The notes: a model not told the origin generated them from the letters alone. DNA of 64,000 nt from Octopus vulgaris (GCA_951406725.2 OX597827.1:75268001-75332000); one strand, 5' to 3'. Positions 39,332 to 52,099 are shown, counted from the first letter of the stretch. Numbers and translations are program-made.

Positions 39332-39370
39332 CTGTTTCCGAAGAAGAGCTTTGCTCGAAACGTAAAACAG
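39332..39370 (+). ncRNA. Minimal type-I hammerhead ribozyme-like motif (Penelope-like)
   Basis: Stem I ctgttt/aaacag (6 bp), core CCGAAGA plus an extra A, stem II GAGC-ttt-GCTC, GAAA, palindromic ACGT stem III and a GUA triplet at 39362-39364. U4 is C. Activity is untested. Confidence 0.6.
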
Positions 39371-39471
39371 CCGCTCTTTCTTTCCTTCTCTGAACATCTT
39401 ATTGATACTTTATATGTATTACATCCTCATGTTGTTGTTTTTTCTTGTCTTTTTTTCTGTTTTTTTTTTAA

Positions 39472-39693
39472 CCCTTTCGCTACTGTATTTATTTTGAGAT
39501 GCTCTGTTTTTCATTCAGTTAATTTTAAATATAACAAAGAATTTAGTCAAATAACTTAGTTATCATTCAGCTAGTGTTAGGAACATAAATTGTGACTAAG
39601 GTTTGGTGGAAGATTTTAATTCAAAACTTATGAAAACAAGATATTTGTACTACAGAGCCAGAGGCGGTTTTGACCAGGTTTGTATCAAAAGGG
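39472..39693. mobile_element. piggyBac-type MITE (second family)
   Basis: TTAA|cccttt...aaaggg|TTAA, inserted in the tail of the hammerhead element. A probable degenerate relative lies at ~2570-2935. Confidence 0.85.
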
Positions 39694-39698
39694 TTAAT

Positions 39699-39745
<47 letters not shown>

Positions 39746-40093
39746 CTCTCAGTTTCTATGTTGAGGATCCAGTTGTTCATTCAACTGAATTCCTTGTTGT
39801 CCATTGAATTAGAATAGAAGTCGCCAGGCAGTCTGCTGTTGTATGCTCAGTGTAATCCTCAGGCAGAATCAGTATGATACAGCATGTGACAAGGCTGTAC
39901 CTTTCAATTGCAGGTACGATCCATCCAACCAAGAGACTTCTATACATTTTCCTTCTACCTAATTTCACTCCCAAGATATGGGTCAAATTAAGTCTGTTAA
40001 AAATGATATTGACCCAAGATGCTTTGCAGTGCATTTGAACCCAGGATGTTGTAGCTGCAAAATACTCTTCTTAATCATTCCATCATTCTACAG

Positions 40094-40130
<37 letters not shown>

Positions 40131-40460
40131 CATTGTTGTTAGTCGTCAGTTTAAATAACCCCACCTGCTCCTTGCTTGCTTTTAGCGGAGTTCTTTTTGT
40201 CACTCTGTCACATGCTTTCAGACCCAGACTTTCTCCTCATTTGCTCTCCACCCACCTATATTAAACAGCAGATGTTCAGGCTGGGTATCAATGACATCAG
40301 TCTCACCAGTCAAGGACAAGAGATAGAGGAGAGTTTGCAACAGTCTAGAGCATTACCCCCCACCTCTTCCTTCCTCCTCTTGCTCTAACTTATATAAAAG
40401 AGAAAGAATAGGATTTATTTGCCTCTCTATTTATTTTCTTATTGTCCTCAATTTTTCCAG

Positions 40461-40545
40461 ACCTCCGCTTTCTATCATAGAATCTGTCAATCTCGTGGAT
40501 CTGCAAACTCTGCAAAATACCTGACAAAATTCTCTGTGGGATTTC
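40461..40545 (+). other. Candidate small exon
   Basis: Strong acceptor ttattttcttattgtcctcaatttttccag| and donor c|gtaagg. One frame is open (TSAFYHRICQSRGSANSAKYLTKFSVGF). Confidence 0.3.
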
Positions 40546-41260
40546 GTAAGGGTTTTTTACTTTGAGTAGAAATTCTTCCACGTTCAACTGCTTTCTTTTC
40601 GTCATGTCCTGCCACTGATTAAATCGGTCGAGTGGAAAGTTACAGTATTTTCAATAATTCATTTCATACACTTAGATATTTAATTTATTGATTGTTCTTC
40701 ACTGTTTGGTCAGCAGAAACAGAACTGGGCAGAGCATATCAACATTGGTTAGTAGTCAAAGCAGCACTATACCAATTTCTGTATTTTGCTAGTTCGCTCT
40801 TCTAACAATGATGGAATGAAGCAAATGGGTGCAGCTGTTCGGATGCTGATGATTTGGCACAGCTGACTAAACTTTCAGTCTGTTTTGCCAACAGTACACT
40901 TTGGTGCTGGAGGCAAAGACACACACACACACACACACATGCACAGAAATATACACATACAGATAGAGTGAGAGAGACATTACAGTTTATTAATAGAACA
41001 CAATCAGTATAAACACTTTTCCTCTCCTCATACATGTAAAGAGAAATATGGCCACATGCATAAACAGGGAGAGAGAACAAGAGAAGCATTAAAACGTCTG
41101 CTGTCAAAGAAGTCAGCATCGAAGCAATAATGCCAGACAGCTCTGCCAAAACTTCTTATATGCCATCAACTATGTTGGTAACTATGTTGCCACCACAAGC
41201 TATCTCCAGCTTCCTCAGGGTACAGATTTTTTCCTTACTCCTGGGGTAGATAACATTCTA

Positions 41261-42075
41261 CATCATCTTAATGTCTGCTTTCCATGTTGGCATGGGTTGG
41301 ACGGTTTGATAGGAGCTGGCAAGGCTGGAGAGCTGCAACAGGCTCCTATTGTCTGTTTCAGCATGGTTTCTACAGCTGGATGCCCTTCCTAACACCTGCC
41401 CCTTTACAGAGCCTACTGGGTCCTTTTACATAGCACCAGCACACTTGTTTGTCATGTGGCATCAACACAAGTGCTCGTTAAGTGGCACCAGCACAGGTGC
41501 TTTTTACCTGGCACCAGTATAATATTGTATGCTTATTCATCTGTACTTAGATATATGGTGAATGAGTTTTCTCAGATCAATGCCTCAACACTTCTTGCAC
41601 TTCTTCATCATCTGTTTCATAAGGTCCAGCCACTTAAGATCAGCATTCACCACTTCTACCATGTCTTGCTCAATCTTCCTCTTAGATCCCTTCTTCTTGT
41701 AGTGCTTAGTCTTCCTCCATACATTTCACATCTTCATAGCAGCACAGTCTTCTCTGATGTACACTACACCTGATTCCTCTTATCCCAATTTTCCTTTCAA
41801 CTCATTTGTGCTGTCTTACACTGTACATCAAGCAAAATATGTCAGTCTCACTTCTTTCCAACCATTATATATCCTCCACATTTAGTGTCATGTTTCACTA
41901 TCATGCAACTTTGTGCTTCCCACGTAAGCATCATACAATTTTGCCTTTCACTCAGTGAGCCAGTCCCTTTGATGCTAATAGAGTTAATAGCTCTCTGAAC
42001 TAAACCACTCTCATATTCTATCTATGGTGTTTTCAGAACACCCAGTACTGTTGAATAGGTCACCTAGGTACAGAC
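41261..42075 (-). mobile_element. Decayed RTE LINE 3' portion (RT C-terminal region, UTR and tail)
   Basis: Minus-strand remnants YLGDL, FRELLTLLASKGL, VKGKLYDAYV, LHDSET and RGRLSKTW..EVVNADLK, followed by the family A UTR and a short (CAT) tail. Confidence 0.82.
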
Positions 42076-42331
42076 ATTGAGTACCATTTTTAGAGATCTT
42101 TCCAGGTATTTGAAAAAATTCATTTTATGGCTGCCCTTACTGCTAACTACTGCTGTGCATCCGCTATTTACAAATTCCTTCTTTTCCCTTGGCTGTCATT
42201 ATGTCATTTCAAACTTTGGGCACCCATCGTTCACATTCGGTACACAGTATAGAACCTCTACAAATAGCTTTTCTGCATGTTAAGCAATGCCCATATCTCA
42301 GATGGCAGCAGAGTTATGTATCCTTTTCTGG

Positions 42332-42365
<34 letters not shown>

Positions 42366-42700
42366 CAATTATATATATATAATAGAAAATAGTGTACATT
42401 TAAACACAATGAGAAATTACCTATAACAGGCAATTTCTACACGCTAGGGGACACACACACACACACATATAAATATATGTACACACTCACACACAGATTA
42501 ATGGTTATCTCATTGATGGCAACTGGAACTACATTTCCCATTTTACCCAATTTTTAAAACTTTCTTTTATTGTCTTTGTATTTTACTTTATTTCTTGAAG
42601 TTTTGATAGGTTTGGTGTGAGTGTGTATATATATATACATACACATATCCTTCTATTTTTCGTGCAGAAGTGCAGAATGGAACCATATATATATATATGT

Positions 42701-43004
42701 GGAGGCACAATGGCCTAGTGGTTAGGGCAGCGGACTCGCGGTCGTAGGATCGTGGTTTCGATTCCCAGACCGGGCGTTGTGAGTGTTTATTGAGCGAAAA
42801 CACCTAAAGCTCCAGGAGGCTCCGGCAGGGGGTGGTGGCGATCCCTGCTGTACTCTTTTGCCACAACTTCCTCTCTCTCTCTTTCTTCTGTTGGCCTGCT
42901 CGCTTAGCCAGCGGGGTGGCGTCATTTGAAGGCTAAAACAATGCGAAGCGCATTGTGACCAGCGATGTGTAACAACATCTGATGGCCTGGTCAGTCATGG
43001 TGAT
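42701..43004 (+). mobile_element. tRNA-derived SINE family D
   Basis: TGGCCTAGTGG (A box) and GTTTCGATTCC (B box). The tail ends catctgatggcctggtc..tggtgat, and the element sits in (TA)nTG. Confidence 0.88.
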
Positions 43005-43669
43005 ATATATATGTGTGTGTATGTATGTTCTCATTATGAGTTGAGAAAGACGAAGAGAGGAGGTTGTGGTTCAGAAACTATTTCCTGTCAGCAATGTTTA
43101 ACCAGACTAATATAGGATTGTCTAACTCACTGGTTTATGGTCTGTTCATTGACAACTGAGCCACTTGTGATGGTGGTGGAGGTGCTGTTTGCAGGTTCAA
43201 ACTATGGCAGGAAGGGGGCACCAAGTGCAAGCTATGTGGGTAGGTCTCTCTAGAGAGAAGAGGAAGTGGAGGAGGAGGAGAACAATGACAGGGGGGAGTT
43301 GCACTGCTCATGACTTCTAGTGACCTTGTTGGCTCAAAATAGGGGCGTGGTTGAGTTAGATAGAGACATGTTTGTCTGTGAAACTTGTATATGCACACAT
43401 ATGTTCATTTGTATTTGTTATTTAACCCTAGGGAGGCCTATAATCACATGATTATCCAATATGTTCTTTCCTTATTTGAGATAGTAGGACCCGATTTAAG
43501 GAAGATATGACTGCTATTTCTAACAGATTGCTTGGCCCACATAAAGGCTTCTAGTTTGTGGCTTCTGTTTGTATTTTATTTATCCATGTGCATTTAGTAC
43601 AACAATCTGTGTAAGTGTATGTGTGTGTGTAAGTGTGTGTGTGTGTGTGATCCAGATTCTGGATCACAT

Positions 43670-43815
43670 CAGTGTGATGAACAAGAATGTGAAACTCTGA
43701 GTAACAGTTTTTTGTGATATTTTTACAGCTTTAATGATAAAACATATTACTCTACCTCCAGTATTCAAGTACTATTTTTTCCTTACCAGATTTCACATTT
43801 ATCTGCTTACTCCTT
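43670..43815 (+). mobile_element. Penelope-like short element family P2 with hammerhead-like motif (43670-43707)
   Basis: GTGATGA-ACA-agaa-TGT-GAAA-CTCTGAGT-A-acag. It runs into (TA)n and is homologous to the reverse complement of 44080-44200. Confidence 0.55.
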
Positions 43816-43819
43816 CCTG

Positions 43820-43857
43820 TATATATTCATATATATATATATATATATATACTCACA

Positions 43858-43889
<32 letters not shown>

Positions 43890-43895
43890 CTCACA

Positions 43896-43964
<69 letters not shown>

Positions 43965-43969
43965 TCACA

Positions 43970-44026
<57 letters not shown>

Positions 44027-44060
44027 TCACATTCATATATATATATATATATATACTCAC
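43820..44060. repeat. (TA)n with periodic ctcacattc interruptions
   Basis: Direct reading; higher-order unit. Confidence 0.95.
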
Positions 44061-44074
44061 ATGCAAATTAGCAC

Positions 44075-44200
44075 ATAAATTCAAAGCAAGGTGGAGGAAA
44101 AATAGTACTGCAATACCTAAGATAGAGTAATATAGAGTTATTAAAACTGCAAAATTCTCACAAAACTTCTACTCAGAGTTTCACGTTCCCATTCACCAGA
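44075..44200 (-). mobile_element. Family P2 element with hammerhead-like motif (44199-44170)
   Basis: The minus strand reads CTGGTGA-ATG-ggaa-CGT-GAAA-CTCTGAGT-A, then the same body as 43700-43790. Confidence 0.55.
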
Positions 44201-44693
44201 GAGTTGTGATGAAAACAGAGTGTGTGTGTGATCAAATTCTAAACAGGCTGGTGTAGGACTGTACCAGCAAGACTTATATTACGTACTAAAATTGATAAAA
44301 GAGTACAGTGAGTGAACTTGTTGTGAGAAGTGGGAAATCCGTTTTGGACAGAGTCCTTCTTCAGGGGATAGGTTGAAAGGAAGGAAGGAAATAAATGAGA
44401 GAGACAGCAGAGTTTTACATTCTCTGAGATAGAAAAAAAAAAAGAAAAGAAATAAAGAAAAACTGGCTGCAACTGTGAGGATGTAAAATTGCTATGTCTC
44501 TTTTCAAATTTTCCATGAAGAAGGACATTGTCCAAAATGTTGCATTTTCCACTCCTCAAAGCAAGATTCTAAAATGTGTGTGTGTGTACTATTGTTGACA
44601 TGTATGCGTTTTCTATATAATACGTCTATCTCTGTGCATGTCAATATGTGGTATATTCATTGTGGTATCTCTCTGCCTATATATATAATATAT

Positions 44694-44921
44694 AGGCAAG
44701 CTGGCAGAAACGTTAGCACGCCGAGCGAAATGCTTAGCGGTATTTCGTCTACCGCTACGTTCTGAGTTCAAATTCTGCCAAGGTCGACTTTGCCTTTCAT
44801 CCTTTCGAGGTCGATAAATTAAGTACCAGTTACGCACTTGGGTCGATGTAATCGACTTAATCCGTTTGTCTGTCCTTGTTTGTCCCCTCTATGTTTAGCC
44901 CCTTGTGGGTAGTAAAGAAAT
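44694..44921 (+). mobile_element. Family C SINE, young
   Basis: Near-identical to 4219-4447 and flanked by TA-rich duplicated sequence. Confidence 0.88.
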
Positions 44922-46035
44922 ATATATATATATATAATATATAAGGAATTATCAACCATAATAATGTTGTGAGGTGACATTCCACCAAGAAGTGGCAGTT
45001 ATTAGAATGTAGGACAAAATACCTTCTGGTATTTATTCCAGCTCACTTCAATTTGAGATCAAATCCCATCAAGGTTAACTTCGGTTTTCATGCTTTTGAG
45101 GTTTACAAAATAAAGTACTTGTCCAGGGCATTGTGTCAGCAGAATTGTTAGGGTCCCAGAACAAATGCCATGCAGTATTTGTTCTCTTTGTGTTTTGAGT
45201 TTATGGGTGGAAGACTTTGTCTTTCACCCAGTTTGACACTACCATATGGTTCTTGGGTGACCTTAGTGTAGTTAACTCTGTAGATGGTATTCGAGCTAGG
45301 TTCCCTGTTTGAAGATAAGTACTTCCTCTACTTTCACCAGTCTTGGAGTCCCTAAACAAATAAAGGATATGGGGCACAGCTCTTGCCTCTTTGGTAAAGC
45401 AGTAAAAGACCCCTAAAAAATATCAGAGCCAATGAGGTGACCTCTTTATCAGTCATTCTCAAATATTCACCATCATGATCCCTATTGGCAAATCAATAAT
45501 TCTCTATGACCCCTTTTTTTTCAATATCTAAATAAAATATAATTTTCCAAAAATTAAAAACATTAACATAAGATATTTTTCTTAGAAATTCTTCTTCAGG
45601 TTCTGCTGACTGTAAATATTGTGTTGTGGTTCAAATGTCGTTAGTTTGGATGGTTGGGTCTCCATCAATTTCAATGATGTGAATTGAGTTGTTTGTTCAA
45701 CTGAACTACTACCTGTTTATTGAATTAACATTTAAGTGGCTGAGTATTCCAGACATGTTTACCCTTAATTCTCAGACAGAATCAGCATGACAAAGTGTAT
45801 GACAAGGTTGTGCCTTGTGAAGTACAGGTGCAAGGCGTCCAGCAGGCTGTTGTACAGTTTCCATCCGCCCAATATCACTCAGAGGGTATGGGTCAACCCA
45901 AAGCTAGAGAAAACGACATTTATCCAAGATGTCACACAGTGAGACTGAACCTGGGACCTCATGGTTTCATAATGAACTTATTTTATAACATGTTTTATAT
46001 TTTACCAAATGTTTCAAAATTAAACAATTCTGTCT

Positions 46036-46247
46036 TCTCGCCTGGCACCTGTGCAGGTGGCACGTAAAAAGCACCCACTACACTCACGGAGTGGTTGGCG
46101 TTAGGAAGGGCATCCAGCTGTAGAAACATTGCCAGATAAGACTGGAGCCTGGTGCAGCCTTCTGGCTTCCCAGATCCCCGGTCGAACCGTCCAACCCATG
46201 CTAGCATGGAGAACGGACGTTAAACGATGATGATGATGATGATGATG
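46036..46247 (+). mobile_element. Family A (RTE 3' end), young
   Basis: CpG-intact UTR and (GAT)n tail. ctgtcttctc upstream and tgtcttctc downstream may be a TSD. Confidence 0.85.
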
Positions 46248-46749
46248 TCTTCTCAACCCTTTCAGAAATAAAGTTCAACCCAAAGGTTGGAAATTGATGT
46301 TCTGTTTCCATGGCACTAGCTAGGAATAGCAGCCAAATCTCTCTCAAATCACACTCCATCATCTTAAAAAATGAAAGGACACATTAGACAGTGTAGTCCT
46401 AGATATATTGGTGTTTCAAATTTTGACACCAGGCCAGCAGTTTCATTAGACAGGGTAAATTGACTACATTGCTCCCAGTTATTTTATTGACCCTGAAAGC
46501 ATGAAAGCCAAAGCTGACGCTGGCAGCATTTGAACTCGGAATCTAAAAGTCCAAAGAAATACTGCTAAGCTTTTTGTCCAGCATGGTAACAGGGAGTACT
46601 TATACATGAGGGAAGAAAAATGCGAGTCTTTGATGGGGATTCAACTGGTATCTCTTGACAGCAAATGAACTTATTTAGCCCTTCATCTTTTACTTGTTTC
46701 AGTCATTAGACTGCTGCCATGCTGGGACATCATTTCGAAGGGTTTAGCT

Positions 46750-46972
46750 CATTGGTTTTCAGCCATTTTATGCCTCTTGACCCCCACTTTTCATTCCTAT
46801 TTTAATCTACTGGACCTTCATAACCATTTGATGTATATAAAAAAAAATCCTGCTGTATTTTTACAATTAAATATCATTTGGAATTGTATAAAGAGAAATG
46901 TATTGTAGAAGTATAAGTAATTTATTGCCCCTAATTTTAAAATCTTATATGGACCCCAGTTGAGAATCACTA
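46750..46972. mobile_element. hAT MITE nested inside a family B SINE (46688-47195)
   Basis: Ends cattggttttcagcc / agttgagaatcacta, with an 8-bp TSD gtttagct / gttcagct (one mismatch). Confidence 0.75.
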
Positions 46973-47585
46973 GTTCAGCTGAACGAATCAATACTGGTTA
47001 TCAAGCAGTGGGTCACACTGATACAACCATGCACACACACACACATATATATACATAATGGGCTTCTACATAGTTTCTCTGAATCAAATTTTCTCAAAAG
47101 GCTTTGATTGACCTGTTGCTTGGTGCCATGCATTTGGACTGAACTCAAAACCAAATGGTTGAAAAGTGAGCTTCTTGACCACACGGCCATTCCAGCTCAG
47201 TTTCTGGTTGCTGGACATTTATGAAATGATTTTTATCAAGACTGAAAAACTGTCTTAAAAATGGCAAGGAGAGAGATATTGTGATCTTGAATATCCCTGA
47301 AAAGATGGAATGGCCATGGTTGGAATGAGTATTGTCATAGGTTTACTTAATCGAAGCCAGCCCGAGGCTAAACAACATCAACTTCAAGCATTGCTAGCTT
47401 TCCTCAGGTTCTAGTTTTGGGGTGACATATTTCAGTTTGTCACTCGAGTCGTCTTTTACCATTTAGCTTTGTTATTCGAGTACTCTTTGCAGTATTTCAC
47501 AAAAATAAGCCAAAGCCAAAATATTTCAACTCTTTCACTCATTAATTCGTGTCTGTCTATGTTTCTTCCACTTTCTCATTCCTCC

Positions 47586-47792
<207 letters not shown>

Positions 47793-47999
47793 TGTCTGAG
47801 TTGCACCCAAACATAAATGTGTTTTTAAATAGGTGACATTAGGAAAATTCTAACTCTCTAGGTAATTAACATAGCAGAAAAGTGAATGTGTGTGTGTCTA
47901 ACAAATGATTAGATTCTGCTGTTGTGTGAGAGAGAGAGAGAGTGGCATTGTGCCACTCTCTCTCCTTTTGCAACAAGTGGCATTGTGCCGCTTGTTTAA

Positions 48000-48210
48000 C
48001 CCTTTAGTGTTCGCATTATTCTGCCAAAATTAATGCTTCTTCATCCACATTGTTTTGAATTAATCATGCATTATCTTGTAGCTATGAGATTTTGATGAGG
48101 TAGCTGTTAATTTTTGAAACAATATTGTAGGGTTGGTGTGAGAGACCAGATAGGGCTAGTTTGAACATAAAACAGGTAGAATATTTTTGGCCGGTTTAAA
48201 TGCTAAAGGG
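48000..48210. mobile_element. piggyBac-type MITE, complete
   Basis: TTAA|ccctttag...ctaaaggg|TTAA. Confidence 0.9.
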
Positions 48211-51200
48211 TTAAAAGGGATGACAGTTTATTCCATTGAAGGCAGTGCTACAGCATGGCCTTATGCATGATGGCTAAAATAAACTAAGGAATTAAACTGC
48301 CCCTGCTATCCCATTATTTTACTGATACTCAATTTTATTTGCCAGAAAGGCTGAGGTTTTCTTTCAGGATTTTTTTTATTGTTGGTTTTAACTCTTTCGC
48401 TCCAACTGTGGACATGTGCATATGTGTGTGTAGTGGAAACTGCATTCTCTGTAAGCAAACACTACTGTGTATATAGGAGAGAGACTTGCACTTTGCATTG
48501 GGTTAACATCGTCTCGGAAAACTTGAAGTGTTTTGAATCTATTAAGAGGAAACTCAACCTTTCATGAAGCAGTCTTGGCTCTGCGAAGAATGTATGATTT
48601 CCATGAAAGATCATTTTAGATTGCCAGGTCTGACATTTATTTGAAGATGAACTCAAAACAACAAAAATTGAGTGATAAGTTAGAGGAAATCTGTTAAACA
48701 GTAAACCAACCAGCCATGTCAAATGCTGAAACCTGAATATTTAAAAAATTTGTTGTTTTTTTTTAAGTCAACTTATTGTAAAGGCCTTGCTGGGTCAGAC
48801 TGGACTTGTAATTCTTCCTGAACCAATGAAAAAGTCTTCACTTTCTAAATAAGCAACCAAATTTCTTTCAAAGGAAATCCTATTGTCTTATAAAATAAAA
48901 GACATACTGCAGTCCGAGATACATTATGTCTGGGGAAAAGGCTAAGTGGTCATGTCTGGAACTAAACAGCAAATAAAGTGCCTTTACATGGTTGCTTGAC
49001 TTGTTAGAAATAGCAGCTTTATCTTCTTCAAATTCTCCACTACCACCACTGTCTTAAAAGGTATACACTGGATAATGTTTTGTTTTATGTACTATTTAAA
49101 AGAAAAAAAAAAGATAACTTGATTCAGCTGCTAGAACCCTTTTTATGAAAGGTTTATCAGGGCTCACTCAATGTTAAAAAAAAAAAAAACAACCACCACT
49201 TGTGTTTTGAATTGATCTGTCGCACAATAATCAATCAACTGCGTGATTCCATTCTTTTAATGATTCTATCAATGACAGCATGTACAGACACATATGGCTG
49301 AGTATTCAGTGGACCAGAATCAGCATGACACAATGTGCAACATGGCTGGCCATTTGAAGGCACAAGGTCCCCATGCAATTTCATTCAAAATGAGAAACTC
49401 TGCACTGAAATTAAACATTAGATTTCATGAGTACTGATCAAACATTTAAACCTCTTATCCATAGACATAATGTTGTAATCGGGGACAAGAGATTTGTAAT
49501 TTTCCACATCTTAGAATATGTACGGCAGTTTCTTTAGATATGTAAATATACATCTAAATTATTGGAACGTGTCATTTTACAACTGGTTCACTCTTTTCTA
49601 TCACACATTGTCATCACTGGGAAATACTTCAGTCAAAAAACCTTTACATGGTCTCTCGATGTGCTAGAAGTAGTAGCAAAAATTCTCCAAAATCAAATTC
49701 ACTGTCTTAAACAAGGCAGGATACATTTGATGTTGTAAATCTAGAAACTTATACTTGAAATACTTTGGATTTTCTCAATCAAAGGTGACCTTGGCCACTA
49801 TAAAATAGCTTTATAGCTTAATAACAGTTCAACCAGGTGATTAGTACTGCCTTGAGCAGGGGAAGGATAATGTAGAATGAAGGATAATGTAAGATTGGCT
49901 GCTTTTTATAGTTATGGGATAGCCTTGTTGGTTCATATTACAGCTAGGTGGTCTGAGCTGGTGTATTTTTTCAACTATAAACACTACATAGTAATACAGC
50001 AGTGTACAAGCACCACCACCTATTTTTAACACTAACACACCTTAACTGTTATCTGGATAAGATATGTAGTATCATGGCCTAGGTAGGGTGTATATGTCAC
50101 ATTTTATGTAACACACTGGCCGTAGTTTTGTTAAGATGTGAGTATTGAAACATATTTCAAAAGAAGTGATGGGTTCAAATCTAAAACTTGTACCCCAGAG
50201 TTGCTATTTTGCACACTTAGCCAACCCAGACTTTTTACGGAACACAGACATTACACTCTAAAACGCTTAGTGGTTATATCAGATTTGACATAGAATATTT
50301 TAAGCAAGGGGATATTCTTCACATATAGTAGGTATTAGTAATTAATATAGTTATTTTTTTGCTCTCTAAAAACACATTTTGAATTATATAATAGCTGTGA
50401 GGTTAAGGTGACGATCATGTACACGAGTTCAGATTTCACTTCATTTATTGTGTTGCTACTCGAAGTAAAGAATTGATGACTTGGGCTTGTTTCAGTTTAC
50501 TTTGCTGACCAAAACACAAGCTCCACTCCTTAAATCACAGTCGATTGATTAGTGGTAGACAAGGTCATATAATTATATAAGCAATTGCTACAATGTTGGA
50601 AAGGAGAAACTGATGTAATATACATGAGTGTGTATTTTATTAATATCCATACTTCCTTCTGTATATTGTATGTATATTCTTGCATGTATGTTAAATTATC
50701 AAATTTTAGCTCTGTTTTAGACTATTGAGCACCCAATTTTTATAAAGATATATTGAAAGATGTATTAGGAAACATATATGTTCTATGTTCATATGCATAT
50801 ATAAATTATATAAATGTGTATATATATATGTGTGCATTGTATGTATAAATTTAGGTAAATAGATAGATAGATAGATAGATAGATAGATGCAGAGAAAGGA
50901 ATATATAACATCTAAATTTGTAGAAACGTTTTTCTCTCCACACACGTACTGTTTGTGCATTTGTATGCTTGTTTATGTGTCTAGGTAATGTAGCTGTGTG
51001 TGTGTGTGTGTGTGAATGTACAAGGAGGTGTATACACACATCACCGTATACACTCACATTTTAGCGAGGTTTCTTTTAATTTGAACTTTGTGGTTGTGGC
51101 AGGAAGATAATGGTGAAATTTAGCAGGTTTAAAAACAGTTTTGAAAAGCTGGAGTCTTCAGAAGAAAAGTGAAAAGGTGTTGTAGGGCAAAGAGTGGATT

Positions 51201-51271
51201 GTACCCCTCCATTTCTATTCATATCTTCTATTCCCTCTTATTCTTTTCTACTTACACCCATTACCTATTTC

Positions 51272-51493
51272 TTTACTACCGACAAGGGGCTACACACAGA
51301 GAGGACAAACAAGGACAGACAAAGGGATTAAGTCGATTATATCGACTCCAGTGCGTAACTGGTACTTTATTTATCGACCCCAAAAGAATGAAAGGCAAAG
51401 TCGACCTCGGCGGAATTTGAACTCAGAACGTAGCGGCAGACGAAATACAGCTACGCATTTCGCCCGGCGTGCTAACATCTCTGCCAGCCGCCC
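51272..51493 (-). mobile_element. Family C SINE, young
   Basis: Reverse complement of 44694-44921. ccattacc flanks both sides (probable TSD). Confidence 0.88.
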
Positions 51494-52099
51494 ATTACCC
51501 CTCCCCATACCATTGTCAGTGGTGTTTAGCCTGATCATGGATCACCCCTGATGGAACATACCTATGATCAGAAGAATTCCAACCATGACCATTCTGTCTG
51601 TTTTGATTTTTTGGGGTGGAAGATCTAAAATGTATCTAAGACTACATTATCCAATGTGCCTTCCTTTTCGTAAGGTGGTAGAATGTAATACGAGGGGATT
51701 TGGCTGTTATTTTCAGCAAGTCAAACAATCCCTGCTGAGTCTCCCTCATTGGCTCATGTTGTTGAGATTCAGTGCCCTATTTATGTAAGGTAGATGTGAA
51801 CAATGGAACCGAGATATTGCTGGTACTTTAGGGGTGGGTAAGTGAGATAGTGTAGCTGTGTGTGTGTGTGTGGTGAAGTGATGGTTTTGACAAGGTGCAT
51901 TGTGTGTGGCGCATTAGTTACGTCAGCTGCGCAGTAACATGTCAGTACCATCTGCTTCTCACCACACACACACACACCATCGTCACCCTTACCCCAACAC
52001 TCTGTCTCTCTGCAACGCTAAATAAATTGAAATAAATAAATGTTCAGACACGCTATATTGGTTGATTTCTCTGTTGATCGTTGACTCCCACTGTTACTG

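Noticed and set aside
40390-40605. 71-aa minus-strand ORF MTKRKQLNVEEF...
   Set aside because: No recognisable domain or splice context. The plus-strand splice signals explain the region at least as well.
42701-42775. tRNA gene (also 26923, 57455 and family B/E heads)
   Set aside because: A and B boxes are present, but each continues into a SINE body. There is no convincing cloverleaf or terminator.
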